64,000 nt of DNA from Verrucomicrobiales bacterium (GTDB lineage Bacteria > Verrucomicrobiota > Verrucomicrobiia > Verrucomicrobiales > V1-33), in NCBI GenBank assembly GCA_031411295.1, contig JANOAV010000122.1:1-64000 (forward strand). The letters are read 5' to 3'. Positions 28,792 through 38,697 of this stretch are shown piece by piece. The notes under the pieces were generated by a model, which saw only the letters and a list, made by a program, of their open reading frames with translations, did not search any database and had not been told where the DNA came from. The position numbers and the translations under genes were made by a program. How positions within the stretch are numbered: the stretch's first letter is position 1; the number at the start of each line of letters is the position of its first letter.

Positions 28792-29754
28792 ATGTCCGAT
28801 TCTCCGCCGCCAGACGCCTCCCTTCCTCCATCGCCCGCCACCCGCACCGTCCGCACGTTCAAGAACCGGGCCACGGCCGAGGCGGCAGTGGAGAAACTCA
28901 AGGGGCATGGGATCGAAGGTTCGATCTTGGAGTTAGCACCACCACCGGGGCGGCCAGCGTTAATTTCTGAGGCCGTGCGCTTAGTGGTGGATTCGGAGCA
29001 TGCCGCCCAGGCGATGCGTCTGCTGGCAAATTTCACGATCGACAACGGTGGCGCAGCCGGGTTGGGCCAGAGTGTCAACCGTGGCGGACGGCGCAAACCC
29101 CGCCCGACCCCGCGGGTTAACGCCGGGCCGCCCTGGCTGTTCATCATCATCGCGCTCATGGGGGCCGGAGGAGCCATTTTTTACGGTGCCTGGAGTTATT
29201 TCGGTCCTCAGGCGAAACCAGTGACGGTGCTCCGGCCGCGCGAGCGCTATGTCAATGAAGACACGAACCACGATGGCAAGATCGATCAGCGGCGTTATCT
29301 GGCGGCTTCTGGGGAGATTCTGCGTGATGAATTCGACGTCGATTTCGACGGGAAGTGGGACGTGCGAACCACCTATGATCGTGGTCGGCTCAAACGACGG
29401 TCCACGGATCTGGATCGCAATGGAATCATGGACGAGGACGTATTCTATGATCGGATGGGGCGCCCTTTTTACAGCCAACTCATTATGAATGGCAAAGGCC
29501 CGGCCACCAAACGCAGCTTCTATCAAGAGGCGATGGAATTTCCTGACTGGGAACCGACAGCGGAAGACCCGGGGCCATCCGAGGATCCCACCCAGCCGGG
29601 CGGGGGCGATTCCTGGCCGTTCCGCGTCCTCTTGGATACCGATGCCGATGGTCACTTCGATCTGGATCAGAAACTCAACCTCAAGGGAGAGGTAATCGAT
29701 GAACGCAAGTTGCAGAAGGGCGCGCTGGAGAACAACCCACCAACATTTCCCTAA
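28792..29754 (+). CDS. Single-pass membrane protein with DxDxDG repeats
   Basis: One TM (WLFIIIALMGAGGAIFYGAW); DTNHDGKID, DVDFDGKWD, DLDRNGIMD, DTDADGHFD. Confidence 0.7.
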   Translation: MSDSPPPDASLPPSPATRTVRTFKNRATAEAAVEKLKGHGIEGSILELAPPPGRPALISEAVRLVVDSEHAAQAMRLLANFTIDNGGAAGLGQSVNRGGRRKPRPTPRVNAGPPWLFIIIALMGAGGAIFYGAWSYFGPQAKPVTVLRPRERYVNEDTNHDGKIDQRRYLAASGEILRDEFDVDFDGKWDVRTTYDRGRLKRRSTDLDRNGIMDEDVFYDRMGRPFYSQLIMNGKGPATKRSFYQEAMEFPDWEPTAEDPGPSEDPTQPGGGDSWPFRVLLDTDADGHFDLDQKLNLKGEVIDERKLQKGALENNPPTFP

Positions 29755-29763
29755 CTAGGTGCC

Positions 29764-30594
29764 ATGAGCTGGTATGAATACGATCACGAATACGAGAGCC
29801 GCGCAGACAGCAATGCGCGCGTGGAGAAGAAGTTGGCCAAATTAAGGAAAGAGGGCCGGCGGCTGGAACCCACGCTGCCCACGGCCAAGCGGGATCTTAG
29901 CGCGACGTTCTGGGGCAGGGCCTGGAATTTGAACTTGATGGCTTACAGCGACTACGAAAGCCGCATGCCACGGGGGCGGACGTATTTCCGCAACGGCAGT
30001 GTGCTGGGACTGGCGATTACGGAGGGTGAAGTCTCCAGTCTGGTGCGGGGCAAGGATTTGTATGAGGTGAACATCTCCATCAAACCGTTGGCGGCCAAGG
30101 CCTGGACTGCCTTGAAGCAACGGTGTCAGGGTAAAATCGCGGATGTGATGGATCTGTTGGCGGGCGAATTAAGTGACGATGTGATGCGCGAAGTCACGGA
30201 CTTGGAGGGAGGATTATTCCCCACGAATCGGCAAATCAAACTCAGCTGTTCCTGTCCGGACTGGGCGGACATGTGCAAACATTGTGCCGCCACCTTGTAT
30301 GCGGTGGGGGCCTTGCTGGATGACAATCCGCGGCATTTGTTTACCCTGCGGGGGGTGGATGCAGAGGAACTCATCGGCACCGTGGCCACCACCATCGATT
30401 CCCTAACCACTCCGGGGGGTCAGTCGGAGGACCGGACGGCGGCTCTGGGAGAGCAGGATCTGTCGGCGTTGTTTGGGGTTTCACTAACGGATGATGTTTT
30501 CCCTGACACGATTACTCAAACGCAGTCTGCTCCAGAGTCGCCCGCCACGAAGGCTGTGAAGCGCGCCAAAAAAGCGGATAATTCCGTTAATTAG
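29764..30594 (+). CDS. SWIM zinc finger domain protein
   Basis: 'TFWGRAW...YESRMPRGRTY', 'CSCPDWADMCKHCAATLYAVG...LFTLRG'. Confidence 0.9.
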   Translation: MSWYEYDHEYESRADSNARVEKKLAKLRKEGRRLEPTLPTAKRDLSATFWGRAWNLNLMAYSDYESRMPRGRTYFRNGSVLGLAITEGEVSSLVRGKDLYEVNISIKPLAAKAWTALKQRCQGKIADVMDLLAGELSDDVMREVTDLEGGLFPTNRQIKLSCSCPDWADMCKHCAATLYAVGALLDDNPRHLFTLRGVDAEELIGTVATTIDSLTTPGGQSEDRTAALGEQDLSALFGVSLTDDVFPDTITQTQSAPESPATKAVKRAKKADNSVN

Positions 30595-30654
30595 GGGATT
30601 GCGTGGAGCATCCGCCTCTGGCAGGATTCGTCCAGTCTTCCCAAAAATCACATT

Positions 30655-31299
30655 ATGCGCTGCTTTCCTTTCCCAACTTTGGTGCTCCTGAGCCTAGCGC
30701 CTCTAGGCGTCACCACCGCTCCGGCTGCGGTTCTCGCACGCTATGCTTTCCCGGGGCCCGTCCCCGCCCTCATGGTGACAACCGTGGATGCCAATGTCAC
30801 TGCAAGTGATGTTACCTTTGCCGGCGGGGTGAGCACCCAGTTCACCACCATCCCCGATATCTTGGCCGTAAATGTCGCTGCCACTGCTCCAGCGACTGCC
30901 GTATCCACTGGCAGTTTCTTCGAAATTACCCTCGCTCCGACCTCTGGCAATGCGCTCGATCTCGCTTCGTTTACCTTCGATGCCGCCGCTGCCACAATCG
31001 GAGGTGGTTACGTTCTGCGCTCTAGTTTGGATGGCTATACAACGAATCTGGCGGCGGCTCCGATCAGCACCATTTACCCCGCTTTCTCTCCTTACAACGT
31101 CAGTTTGGCGGACCCGAGTTTTCAAGGAGTTTCCGGGCCAGTGAGCTTCCGGGTGTATACCTATACCCCAGGAAGCAATCCTGCGGCCGGATACGACAAT
31201 GTGACCATCAATGGAGTTGTCATTCCGGTGCCGGAACCAACCGCTGGCGTCATGCTCCTGCTGGCCGGGGGATTCCTCGCGCGCCGTCGGCGTAATTAA
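30655..31299 (+). CDS. PEP-CTERM sorting domain protein
   Basis: Signal peptide and C-terminal VPEPTAGVMLLLAGGFLARRRRN. Confidence 0.93.
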   Translation: MRCFPFPTLVLLSLAPLGVTTAPAAVLARYAFPGPVPALMVTTVDANVTASDVTFAGGVSTQFTTIPDILAVNVAATAPATAVSTGSFFEITLAPTSGNALDLASFTFDAAAATIGGGYVLRSSLDGYTTNLAAAPISTIYPAFSPYNVSLADPSFQGVSGPVSFRVYTYTPGSNPAAGYDNVTINGVVIPVPEPTAGVMLLLAGGFLARRRRN

Positions 31300-31328
31300 T
31301 TAGCTTCCCAGAGACACGGTCGCAAAGA

Positions 31329-32630
31329 TCACTCCACTGCCAGCGAGACGCAGACCAGTTCCTTGTCGTTGCGGGCAAAGACGCATTTGTTGGCAAAGGC
31401 GGGATGACTCCACACGACCGTCCGGCCCATGGAAGGAGTATCTGCGCTGAGGATCTTAGCCCGGGCAGCTTCTTGGTAGCCTGTGGGTTTGAGGTCCGCC
31501 AGAATCAACTCTCCGCTATCGTTAAAGATCACCCACTGCTGCGGCGTGTGGGCCATGAAGAAGGTGCCAGAGCCAGATTTCTTTTTACTCATGATGTCCA
31601 GATTCGACCACATGCGCTCGCCCGTCGTCAGCTTTACACAACGGAGTTCACCGTCCATATCACAGCCATAGAAATAATCGCCCACCACCACTGGGGTCCC
31701 ATTTTTCGGAGACATGGAATTCGACGGCACGCCATCCCAGGCCACGGTTGCCTTGCCATCCCCTGGTTTTACTAACATGGATTTCTTCATCATCGCACCG
31801 ATGAAAATTCCCTCGTTTGTGACCCGGGGAGCCATGATGGACATGCCGTAAGCTGCTGCGAACGCCTGCGTCCAGCGGATCTTTCCCGTGGCGGGATCCA
31901 GTCCGTTCAAGGCTTCGGAGTGCCAGATTACCAACTCCTCTTTGCCCTCGCGCTTCGTCATTACCGGCGGAGCGTAACCGATGTCCTTCGTCTCCAAAGC
32001 GCGCCATTTTTCCTTCCCTGACTTTGCCTCCAGCGCCACCACCGCACTGCCAGATCCACCTGCCAGCGTGTAGAGCAGGCCTCCGTGCACCAATGGCGTG
32101 GCCGCATATCCCCAGATGGGCGAATCACATTTATACTCTTGCTTGAGTTCCTTCTCCCACGCGGGCTTGCCGTCACTAACCGCCAAGGCCGACAAGTGAC
32201 CTTCCGCTCCCAATGCATAGACCAAACCATCCGCCACGACCGGAGAGCAACGCGGACCATTCGGGAAACTCAGATTGATCGGGCAGTCATACGCATGCAC
32301 CCACAGTTGGCGTCCCGTTTTCTCATCCAAGCAGACGACGCGCTCCTTGCCCGTCAGAGCAGTGCGTCCGCCGGGGTTTGCGTCCAACTTGCCCGTGGCA
32401 ATTTGATAGTCCATGACGAAGACCTTCCCACCAGCCACGGCAGGACCTGAATACCCGTTGGCCACGGGTGCCCGCCAAACAATTTTCGGACCCTCTGCGG
32501 CAAATCTCGTGATCAAACCAGTGTCGTTCCAAGTAGAATCGCCACGTGCTCCCAACCACTGGGGCCAATCCTCAGCAGTTAGTGTGGCCGGGGCACAGAC
32601 GAGTAGAGTGAGCGTTAGAAGAGTTTTCAT
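31329..32630 (-). CDS. PQQ-like beta-propeller repeat protein (PVC type)
   Basis: 'AEDWPQWLGARGD', 'GYSGPAVAGGKVF', 'GPRCSPVV', 'WSHPAFANKCVFARNDKELVCVSL'. Confidence 0.9.
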   Translation of the reverse strand: MKTLLTLTLLVCAPATLTAEDWPQWLGARGDSTWNDTGLITRFAAEGPKIVWRAPVANGYSGPAVAGGKVFVMDYQIATGKLDANPGGRTALTGKERVVCLDEKTGRQLWVHAYDCPINLSFPNGPRCSPVVADGLVYALGAEGHLSALAVSDGKPAWEKELKQEYKCDSPIWGYAATPLVHGGLLYTLAGGSGSAVVALEAKSGKEKWRALETKDIGYAPPVMTKREGKEELVIWHSEALNGLDPATGKIRWTQAFAAAYGMSIMAPRVTNEGIFIGAMMKKSMLVKPGDGKATVAWDGVPSNSMSPKNGTPVVVGDYFYGCDMDGELRCVKLTTGERMWSNLDIMSKKKSGSGTFFMAHTPQQWVIFNDSGELILADLKPTGYQEAARAKILSADTPSMGRTVVWSHPAFANKCVFARNDKELVCVSLAVE

Positions 32631-32809
32631 CCCGCTTATTCAAGCCGGGGAAATGCCATCGTCAATCAGGTGGACGCGTAAGTTGGCGATCCCATTTCTA
32701 TGTCCCCACGGGTCAGTCGTCGGTAGCGCTCAAAAAAGCCGCAGAATTTCTGTAAAGAAATCGGCTGCAAGCCCGTCTCAATGAAGGTAAGTCAGCAAAA
32801 CTAAATCTC

Positions 32810-33517
32810 ATGAAACTCACCGCCCTCATCCTGCTCGCAAGCTTGGCGCTGCCAGCGCTCCCCAGCCTCGCTCAAGCCCCACGTTCCCAGCCGCCCACTG
32901 CGCTGCAGGCCATTGAGTTGGCGCGCACCCAGACTGGGAAAAGCATCGTCAAACTCGTGCGCCTCTCCGGCAGCAACGGCAATCCAGATCCCCGCGGATG
33001 GAGCATGGTCTTCCACGATCCTGCTTCCAGCACGAACCTCTCCAAGCTCAATCCAGGCGAGGCTCCGGAACCGGCGGATGATAAATACGGCAGCGGCACA
33101 GCTCCGGTCTATTTCAACGCGAGTCGCGTGAGTGTGGATAGTCCCGCCGCGTTCTTAGCGGCTAATAAAGAAGCCGCTGAGGCGAAGATTGGCTTTGATC
33201 GGATTACCTTCGAATTGCGTGGTCAGGAGTTCACCGGCATGCCGGTGTGGACGCTGCGGTTGCTCAACGACGAAGAGGAAATCGTCGGCATCGTCAGCCT
33301 TTCCGCCGAAACCGGGAAAACACTCCGCACCGTCTGGCTGCGTCGCGATGGTCGTCGCGAGGAGCCTCGCATCATCGACAGCGCGATCTCCGGCGGTGGG
33401 ACCGAAAGCACCAGTGAATCCAAAGAAAAGGAATCGCGCGCGCTTCCACCGATCCAAAACATCGAGCCCCCGCCAGCAGACCCCACGCCACCTGAAGTGG
33501 AAGCCCCGAGGCAATAA
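32810..33517 (+). CDS. Secreted hypothetical protein (possibly PepSY-like), Pro-rich tail
   Basis: Signal peptide; 'TALQAIELA', 'VDSPAAFLAA...PVWTLRL...VSLSAETG'. Confidence 0.65.
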   Translation: MKLTALILLASLALPALPSLAQAPRSQPPTALQAIELARTQTGKSIVKLVRLSGSNGNPDPRGWSMVFHDPASSTNLSKLNPGEAPEPADDKYGSGTAPVYFNASRVSVDSPAAFLAANKEAAEAKIGFDRITFELRGQEFTGMPVWTLRLLNDEEEIVGIVSLSAETGKTLRTVWLRRDGRREEPRIIDSAISGGGTESTSESKEKESRALPPIQNIEPPPADPTPPEVEAPRQ

Positions 33518-33523
33518 TTCGGG

Positions 33524-35011
33524 CTATTTCTGGGGGATGCGGTTCAGTGTGTAGTAAGCAGCGTCGTGCTCCAGCGTCGCCCCGGCAGCGGACTTTACAC
33601 TCGGGAGATGAAGTTCGTGGACGTAGAGCGGCCGCAGGCCTTGGATTTGCAGTCGCACCCGCAGGCCATCTCCATTCACGGTCGCATGATTGATCGGTAA
33701 ATTTTTCACATCAATCTCAGCACTCCCGTAAGCGGACGAGTAGAGGTAGGTGTAGCTTTGCATCGAGTAGGCAGTCACATCTTGTGCTGTCATCGGATCG
33801 ACCGGAGTGGTGAACACGAGTTCAAAGCCATCCGCTTGCGCACGCATTTCGCGGATCGCAAAGGGCACCGTGCCGTTCCACTGGACCCGCTGCAGGCCGT
33901 ATGCTTTGGTGCCCAGCGATGACCAACCGCGGCTCGTCATCCCTGCAAACAAGCTGCCATCCGGGGCGAAACTAAGTCGCACGATGCCTGACGCGAAGCC
34001 GCTGAGGAAAGGAAACGCCGCGCCTTGGTATTCGCCATTCACCTTTTCCAGAAAGACGCGGCTAACTTTGGCGTCGGTGAATTCCGCCACCATGAACTGC
34101 CCGTCGAAGGGGCCAAATTGGCCACCTGCCGGGCACGCTGCTAGATCTGTGCCGCTGCGCCCCATCTTGTTATAAGGCAACCACACCGCCGGCGGTCTCA
34201 TTTCTGGCAGGGCTTGGACCGCTTGGGGATACGGCAGTTTGTCCGGCACCTTGGCGGAAAGTTTCACGGGGGAGTTCGGTAATGTTTGCGAAGCGATTCC
34301 TTCCGGATTCAGGAAAAAGGCCCCGCGGCGTAAGTGATAGATCGGGGTGGCCGGCACCCAGTTGCCTTGCTGATCCACGCAGAACATATCGCCCGACAGA
34401 TTAGCTCCCAAGCCGCAAGGCGAGCGCAGGCCCGCGGCCATCGGGGTGAAATTTCCATCCGCGGCTATCGTTCCCGCCCAGCCCCGCCAAGGCGCTTGGT
34501 TGTCCGCGCGGTCCCCCAAATCAACATTTAGTGAAACCCAGAGCTTGCCCTGGCCATCCCGCCGTGGGCCGTAGGCATAGCCATGATAGGAACCCGAAAC
34601 ATTCCAGCCGCGTCCGGCCGTGAGGTAATCATCGGCCACGCCATCGCCATTCGTATCCTGCAAGCGAGTCACCTCCGTGCGCTGGGTTACCAGCAGACCG
34701 TTGCCGTCCCGCAACAGGCCCAATGGTTCATGCAGGCCGGACGCGAAGAGTTTGTAACTGACTTTGTCGGCCGGTCGGGTGAGTAATCCATCCAGCAACC
34801 ATACCTCGCCTTTATGAATCGCCACCGCCAGCTTCCCATCCGCCATCCAATCCATTCCGCTAATCTCCAAGGGGATACCGCTGCCGGGTTTCCAGTTAGG
34901 ATCCCGTGAAGTGGCGGGCGCATCGGCCGTTAGAATGTCGCTGATTTTGTAAGACGACTCTGCCCGGACCCAGCACGTCAGGCAAAGCATGCCCAGGAGC
35001 ATAATTTTCAT
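33524..35011 (-). CDS. Secreted sorbosone-dehydrogenase-like beta-propeller protein
   Basis: 'FASGLHEPLGL', 'RLQDTNGDGVADDY', 'AAGLRSPCG', 'DQQGNW', 'FGPFDGQ', 'EYQGAAFPF'; ATGA overlap at 35011-35008. Confidence 0.8.
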   Translation of the reverse strand: MKIMLLGMLCLTCWVRAESSYKISDILTADAPATSRDPNWKPGSGIPLEISGMDWMADGKLAVAIHKGEVWLLDGLLTRPADKVSYKLFASGLHEPLGLLRDGNGLLVTQRTEVTRLQDTNGDGVADDYLTAGRGWNVSGSYHGYAYGPRRDGQGKLWVSLNVDLGDRADNQAPWRGWAGTIAADGNFTPMAAGLRSPCGLGANLSGDMFCVDQQGNWVPATPIYHLRRGAFFLNPEGIASQTLPNSPVKLSAKVPDKLPYPQAVQALPEMRPPAVWLPYNKMGRSGTDLAACPAGGQFGPFDGQFMVAEFTDAKVSRVFLEKVNGEYQGAAFPFLSGFASGIVRLSFAPDGSLFAGMTSRGWSSLGTKAYGLQRVQWNGTVPFAIREMRAQADGFELVFTTPVDPMTAQDVTAYSMQSYTYLYSSAYGSAEIDVKNLPINHATVNGDGLRVRLQIQGLRPLYVHELHLPSVKSAAGATLEHDAAYYTLNRIPQK

Positions 35012-37092
35012 TTCCATGAGTAAGTGAAGGTGCGGTGGCCCGGTGCGCTGGTTGGTTCCTCAGTGACCGTGACGTTCGTGGGATGCTGGATCGCAGGCTG
35101 GATCGGGGCCGTGGCATCCCAAGTAATGCTTCGGCGCAAGCCCTGCGTGAGGCCCTCGAATCGTTCTTCGAGGCTGACTCCGCCGACGGAGAGGAGAAAC
35201 GTCGGCCCGCCCGCAGCATCAAGCCGATAACCGTTGCAAAGGATCATGGGTGCATCCTTGTCGGGCTCTGGCCAGCGCACCACCGCACTTCCCAGGGGCT
35301 TCTCAAACGGGGCGAAGCGTGAAAACCAGGTGTTATAAGCATCAAAAAACTTCCCCTGCCAAGCCAGCGCAGGCCGCCCCAGCTTGCCATCGTAAGCCAA
35401 GTGGGTGCCGCTGGGAAACCCCACGAGAATCGCGTGCGTGCCCACGTCCGCGAGGAACGTGCGTTGCACAATCGGGCGATCCTGCGGAGTCAATTCGAAC
35501 TCGCCATGGGTGTTGGCGGGGAAGCCTTCTGGTTCGCCATTGGCGCTCTTGGCAAAAGCGTAAATGGACGCAATCTGACGGTCCGTGTCTCCTTGGAGTA
35601 TGGTGGTGTTAGCCGCTTTTCCCTCAGGCCAGAAGGATGGCATCAACGTCCCGGGCCGATAGCCCGCAGGGTGCACCAGATAGTCGCGCAGCCAACCTGG
35701 CTGCAACCGCTGGCCCAGATTACTGATGTCCAGTGCCTGAATTCCCAAGGCGGGCCGTTCACCCCAACGATGGCACGTGATGCAGCCCAATCCGCCTAAC
35801 GTGCCCACTAACTTCCGTCCCGCCGTATCATCGCCCCCGGGCAGTGGCACTTCGGGGACGGTGTCAGCTGCTGCTAGCAAGGCCGCCAACTCTTTGGCGG
35901 ATGCACTATGGATGGGCATTTTGGTTTGCAAATACGGGCGCACGCGGGCTTCACCCGTGAGCACTTTCACCAGCCACTCCGGTTGCAGTTTGCGCCCCAC
36001 CGCAGTGAGGGGCGGGGGGAAACGTCCCGTGTCTCCCAGGTTGTGATCTCCCTGGAAATACGCCTTGCGAGCGGCATCGGGTCCGCCCAGTCCATCGCGC
36101 TCATGGCAGGCCATGCAGTTGAGCGATTGCAGGGTAAGGGTGGCCTTTGCCTTTGGCGTGAGTGGGGCGTTCTGCTCGTTCAGGAACTGCGCCAACGCCA
36201 GTCGCTGCAGTTTGGAAAGCCCATACTGGGGGACGGTGGAGGCAGGTTGATCCGCGAGACAGCCCGCATTAAGATGGGTCATGGCTACTAGATTTGTAGT
36301 GGCCGTTTCTTTTGGTAAATCATGGCATGCCGCACAACGTTGTTCGCTTACAATTTTCTGACCTCGCGCCACCGAGTCGGGGTGAGCCACGAAGGACGGC
36401 AGCGTTTCTGCGGTGCCATCGCTGCCTTTGAAATTCAGGAGATAACCAGCGATGTCCGAGGCGGCCTCATCGGTGAGTTTGAGATGGGGCATGCGACCAT
36501 CGGAGCGAACTTCCAAGGGAGCCTGGAGAAATTTCACGAGCGATGGCAGGGTGTATTTTTTCTCCAACATCGGCAGTGCTGCCGAACTATAACTCAATGC
36601 CGCAGGATCCGGCCGACCGTCTGGTGGCTGGAAATCCAAGGCGGGGGCATGACAGGCGACACAGCCCTGCGTATGGAACAGGCCTGCACCCCGGTCGGTG
36701 TTGATGTGTCGCAAAGGAACGCTCTTGGCTGCCGCAGGGGCCTTCAGTGAGGCCAGATAGTGCAGCACGGCCTCGCGCGCAGCAGCATCTGCCAACGCTG
36801 CAAAATGGGGCATCGAGGATCCACTGCGCGCTTCCGCAGGATTGGCCAGAAATTGCTCCACCCAAGTTGCGCGGGCTCGCTGGGTGATGCCTGCTAATCC
36901 TGGGCCACGACGCGGTGGTAATCCGGTTGCCCCACCATGACAGTTCGCGCAGCCGAGTTCGTTGAAGAGTAAGCGACCGCCGTCCGCGCTCGGCTGAGTC
37001 GCATGGAATCGCTCGAATCCAGGCACGAAAGGCTCTGCTGCCGACGTGGCTGCGCTGAGCAGGAATCCGAGTGCTGCCAGGCAGCGCATCAT
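35008..37092 (-). CDS. Multiheme c-type cytochrome (5 CxxCH)
   Basis: CANCH, CVACH, CAACH, CMACH, CITCH; distal MP motifs; signal peptide. Confidence 0.9.
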   Translation of the reverse strand: MMRCLAALGFLLSAATSAAEPFVPGFERFHATQPSADGGRLLFNELGCANCHGGATGLPPRRGPGLAGITQRARATWVEQFLANPAEARSGSSMPHFAALADAAAREAVLHYLASLKAPAAAKSVPLRHINTDRGAGLFHTQGCVACHAPALDFQPPDGRPDPAALSYSSAALPMLEKKYTLPSLVKFLQAPLEVRSDGRMPHLKLTDEAASDIAGYLLNFKGSDGTAETLPSFVAHPDSVARGQKIVSEQRCAACHDLPKETATTNLVAMTHLNAGCLADQPASTVPQYGLSKLQRLALAQFLNEQNAPLTPKAKATLTLQSLNCMACHERDGLGGPDAARKAYFQGDHNLGDTGRFPPPLTAVGRKLQPEWLVKVLTGEARVRPYLQTKMPIHSASAKELAALLAAADTVPEVPLPGGDDTAGRKLVGTLGGLGCITCHRWGERPALGIQALDISNLGQRLQPGWLRDYLVHPAGYRPGTLMPSFWPEGKAANTTILQGDTDRQIASIYAFAKSANGEPEGFPANTHGEFELTPQDRPIVQRTFLADVGTHAILVGFPSGTHLAYDGKLGRPALAWQGKFFDAYNTWFSRFAPFEKPLGSAVVRWPEPDKDAPMILCNGYRLDAAGGPTFLLSVGGVSLEERFEGLTQGLRRSITWDATAPIQPAIQHPTNVTVTEEPTSAPGHRTFTYSWK

Positions 37093-38003
37093 GCGTTTAC
37101 CTCCGTCAGTAATTTTTCGATGTGAAGCAGCGACTTCTTTAATGCCTCCGTGATCGCCCCGGCCGTGGGTAGAATGGGGATCCCGCGTGGCGTAGGGTGC
37201 ATGAAAATCTCCGCCCAGCCTCGGAACGAAACGTCGCGCAGGGCTTGGAGAATGGAGCGATAATCCAGCGTGCCAAACCCAGGCAACTGCTGCAATTCAA
37301 TGTCCTTCGCCACCTGTTGTTTGCTGCCAATCCCGTGCTCTTGGAAGTAAAAGAACGGTAAATTCTGTGCACCCAAATCACGGATTAATTTTGGAATTTC
37401 CGCCACGTGCTCCACCAAATGATGCGGTGCAAAGGCCACGCCCAAGGCTGGATGACGATTCAATTCCGCCCAACTGCGCAGCGAATCCGGCGTGCTGAGC
37501 AGTGAATCTGCATGGTTCTCAATCGCAATGGTGATACCTTGTTCGGCCGCGGCATCGGCATGAGGTTTCATTTGTTCCAGGAAGGCCTTGATGCCAGCCT
37601 TGGCTTCGGCTCCACGGACGTTCTTAGGGCCCTTGGCACCAGTCACAAACATATTCCCTCCGAGTCGTTTCAGCGCCGGCATTTCTTTCTGCAATGCGAA
37701 CGGCCCCAGCGGATATTGCGTGAAGCAAATCAGCGGAGCCTCGTGCTTTTTGCAAAGCGCAGCGGTCGCTCCCAGGCCCAGCGCTTCCGCCTCCTCACGT
37801 TGCGTGCCGTGCGGCTTGCACCAGAGATCCAGACCGCCCCAACCGAGCGCCTTCAGCTCCGGTAAAATAGTTTCCAGCTTCAGATCCCCAAACAGCGCTG
37901 AGGCCAGCAGATACTTGAGTTGCAACTTCGGGGGCGCAGCGTGAACCACGGGAGCCAGCGCGGAGCCGGCCAAACATTGCAGGAAGTGACGTCGAGTGTT
38001 CAT
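37089..38003 (-). CDS. Tat-exported sugar phosphate isomerase/epimerase (xylose-isomerase-like TIM barrel)
   Basis: Twin-arginine MNTRRHFLQ; 'GITIAIENH', 'QQLPGFGTLDY...FRGWAEIFMHP'. Confidence 0.85.
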   Translation of the reverse strand: MNTRRHFLQCLAGSALAPVVHAAPPKLQLKYLLASALFGDLKLETILPELKALGWGGLDLWCKPHGTQREEAEALGLGATAALCKKHEAPLICFTQYPLGPFALQKEMPALKRLGGNMFVTGAKGPKNVRGAEAKAGIKAFLEQMKPHADAAAEQGITIAIENHADSLLSTPDSLRSWAELNRHPALGVAFAPHHLVEHVAEIPKLIRDLGAQNLPFFYFQEHGIGSKQQVAKDIELQQLPGFGTLDYRSILQALRDVSFRGWAEIFMHPTPRGIPILPTAGAITEALKKSLLHIEKLLTEVNA

Positions 38004-38019
38004 AGCGGATGGTGGGGAG

Positions 38020-38586
38020 TTATTTGCCACAACTGGCTTCCAGCATTTTAATCCACGGGCCCACGAAATGGCCGCTGTCATGATAGGTGCGGCCACTCAC
38101 CATGTTCCGATCAATCACGCAGGGTTCATTGACATAAATGCCGCCGCAGACTTCCAGATCGAATTTACACTTCGCCACCGTGGCCATGCGCAGGCCCTGC
38201 ACGATCCCGGCTCGGGCGGGGATTTCCACGCCGTGGCAAACGCTGGCCATGGGCTTCTGGTGCTCCCAGAACCAGCGCGTGAGGCGCAGTAAATCTTCGT
38301 CCTCGCGAATATATTCAGGCGCGCGGCCACCGCTGAAGAAAATGCCCGCATACTCTTCCGGCTGGATGTCCTTAAATGCGATCTCGGCATCGATGCTGTA
38401 GCCTTCCCACTCCTTTGTGATCGTCCAGCCGGGCTTCACCTCGTGCATCACCATTTGGTATTTGCGACGCTCCGGAGCCGCCACCACTGGCTGGAACCCG
38501 GCTTCGATCAGGCGATAGTAAGGATACAGGGTGTCCACCGTTTCGGCGGCATCTCCGATGATAACAAGAACTTTGGGCGGGTGCAT
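38020..38586 (-). CDS. DJ-1/PfpI family protein
   Basis: 'KVLVIIGDAAE', 'GGRAPEYIR', nucleophile elbow 'SVCHG', 'VIDRNMVSGR'. Confidence 0.92.
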   Translation of the reverse strand: MHPPKVLVIIGDAAETVDTLYPYYRLIEAGFQPVVAAPERRKYQMVMHEVKPGWTITKEWEGYSIDAEIAFKDIQPEEYAGIFFSGGRAPEYIREDEDLLRLTRWFWEHQKPMASVCHGVEIPARAGIVQGLRMATVAKCKFDLEVCGGIYVNEPCVIDRNMVSGRTYHDSGHFVGPWIKMLEASCGK

Positions 38587-38697
38587 AAGGGAAATTTCGG
38601 GGGCTGGTAAAGTCACATGATACTTGTTTTGCATCGTCTGTCATTGCGGGTATGATGCAGCAAAACTCAGGTTTTTCGTCATTCGCCAATTTTATCC

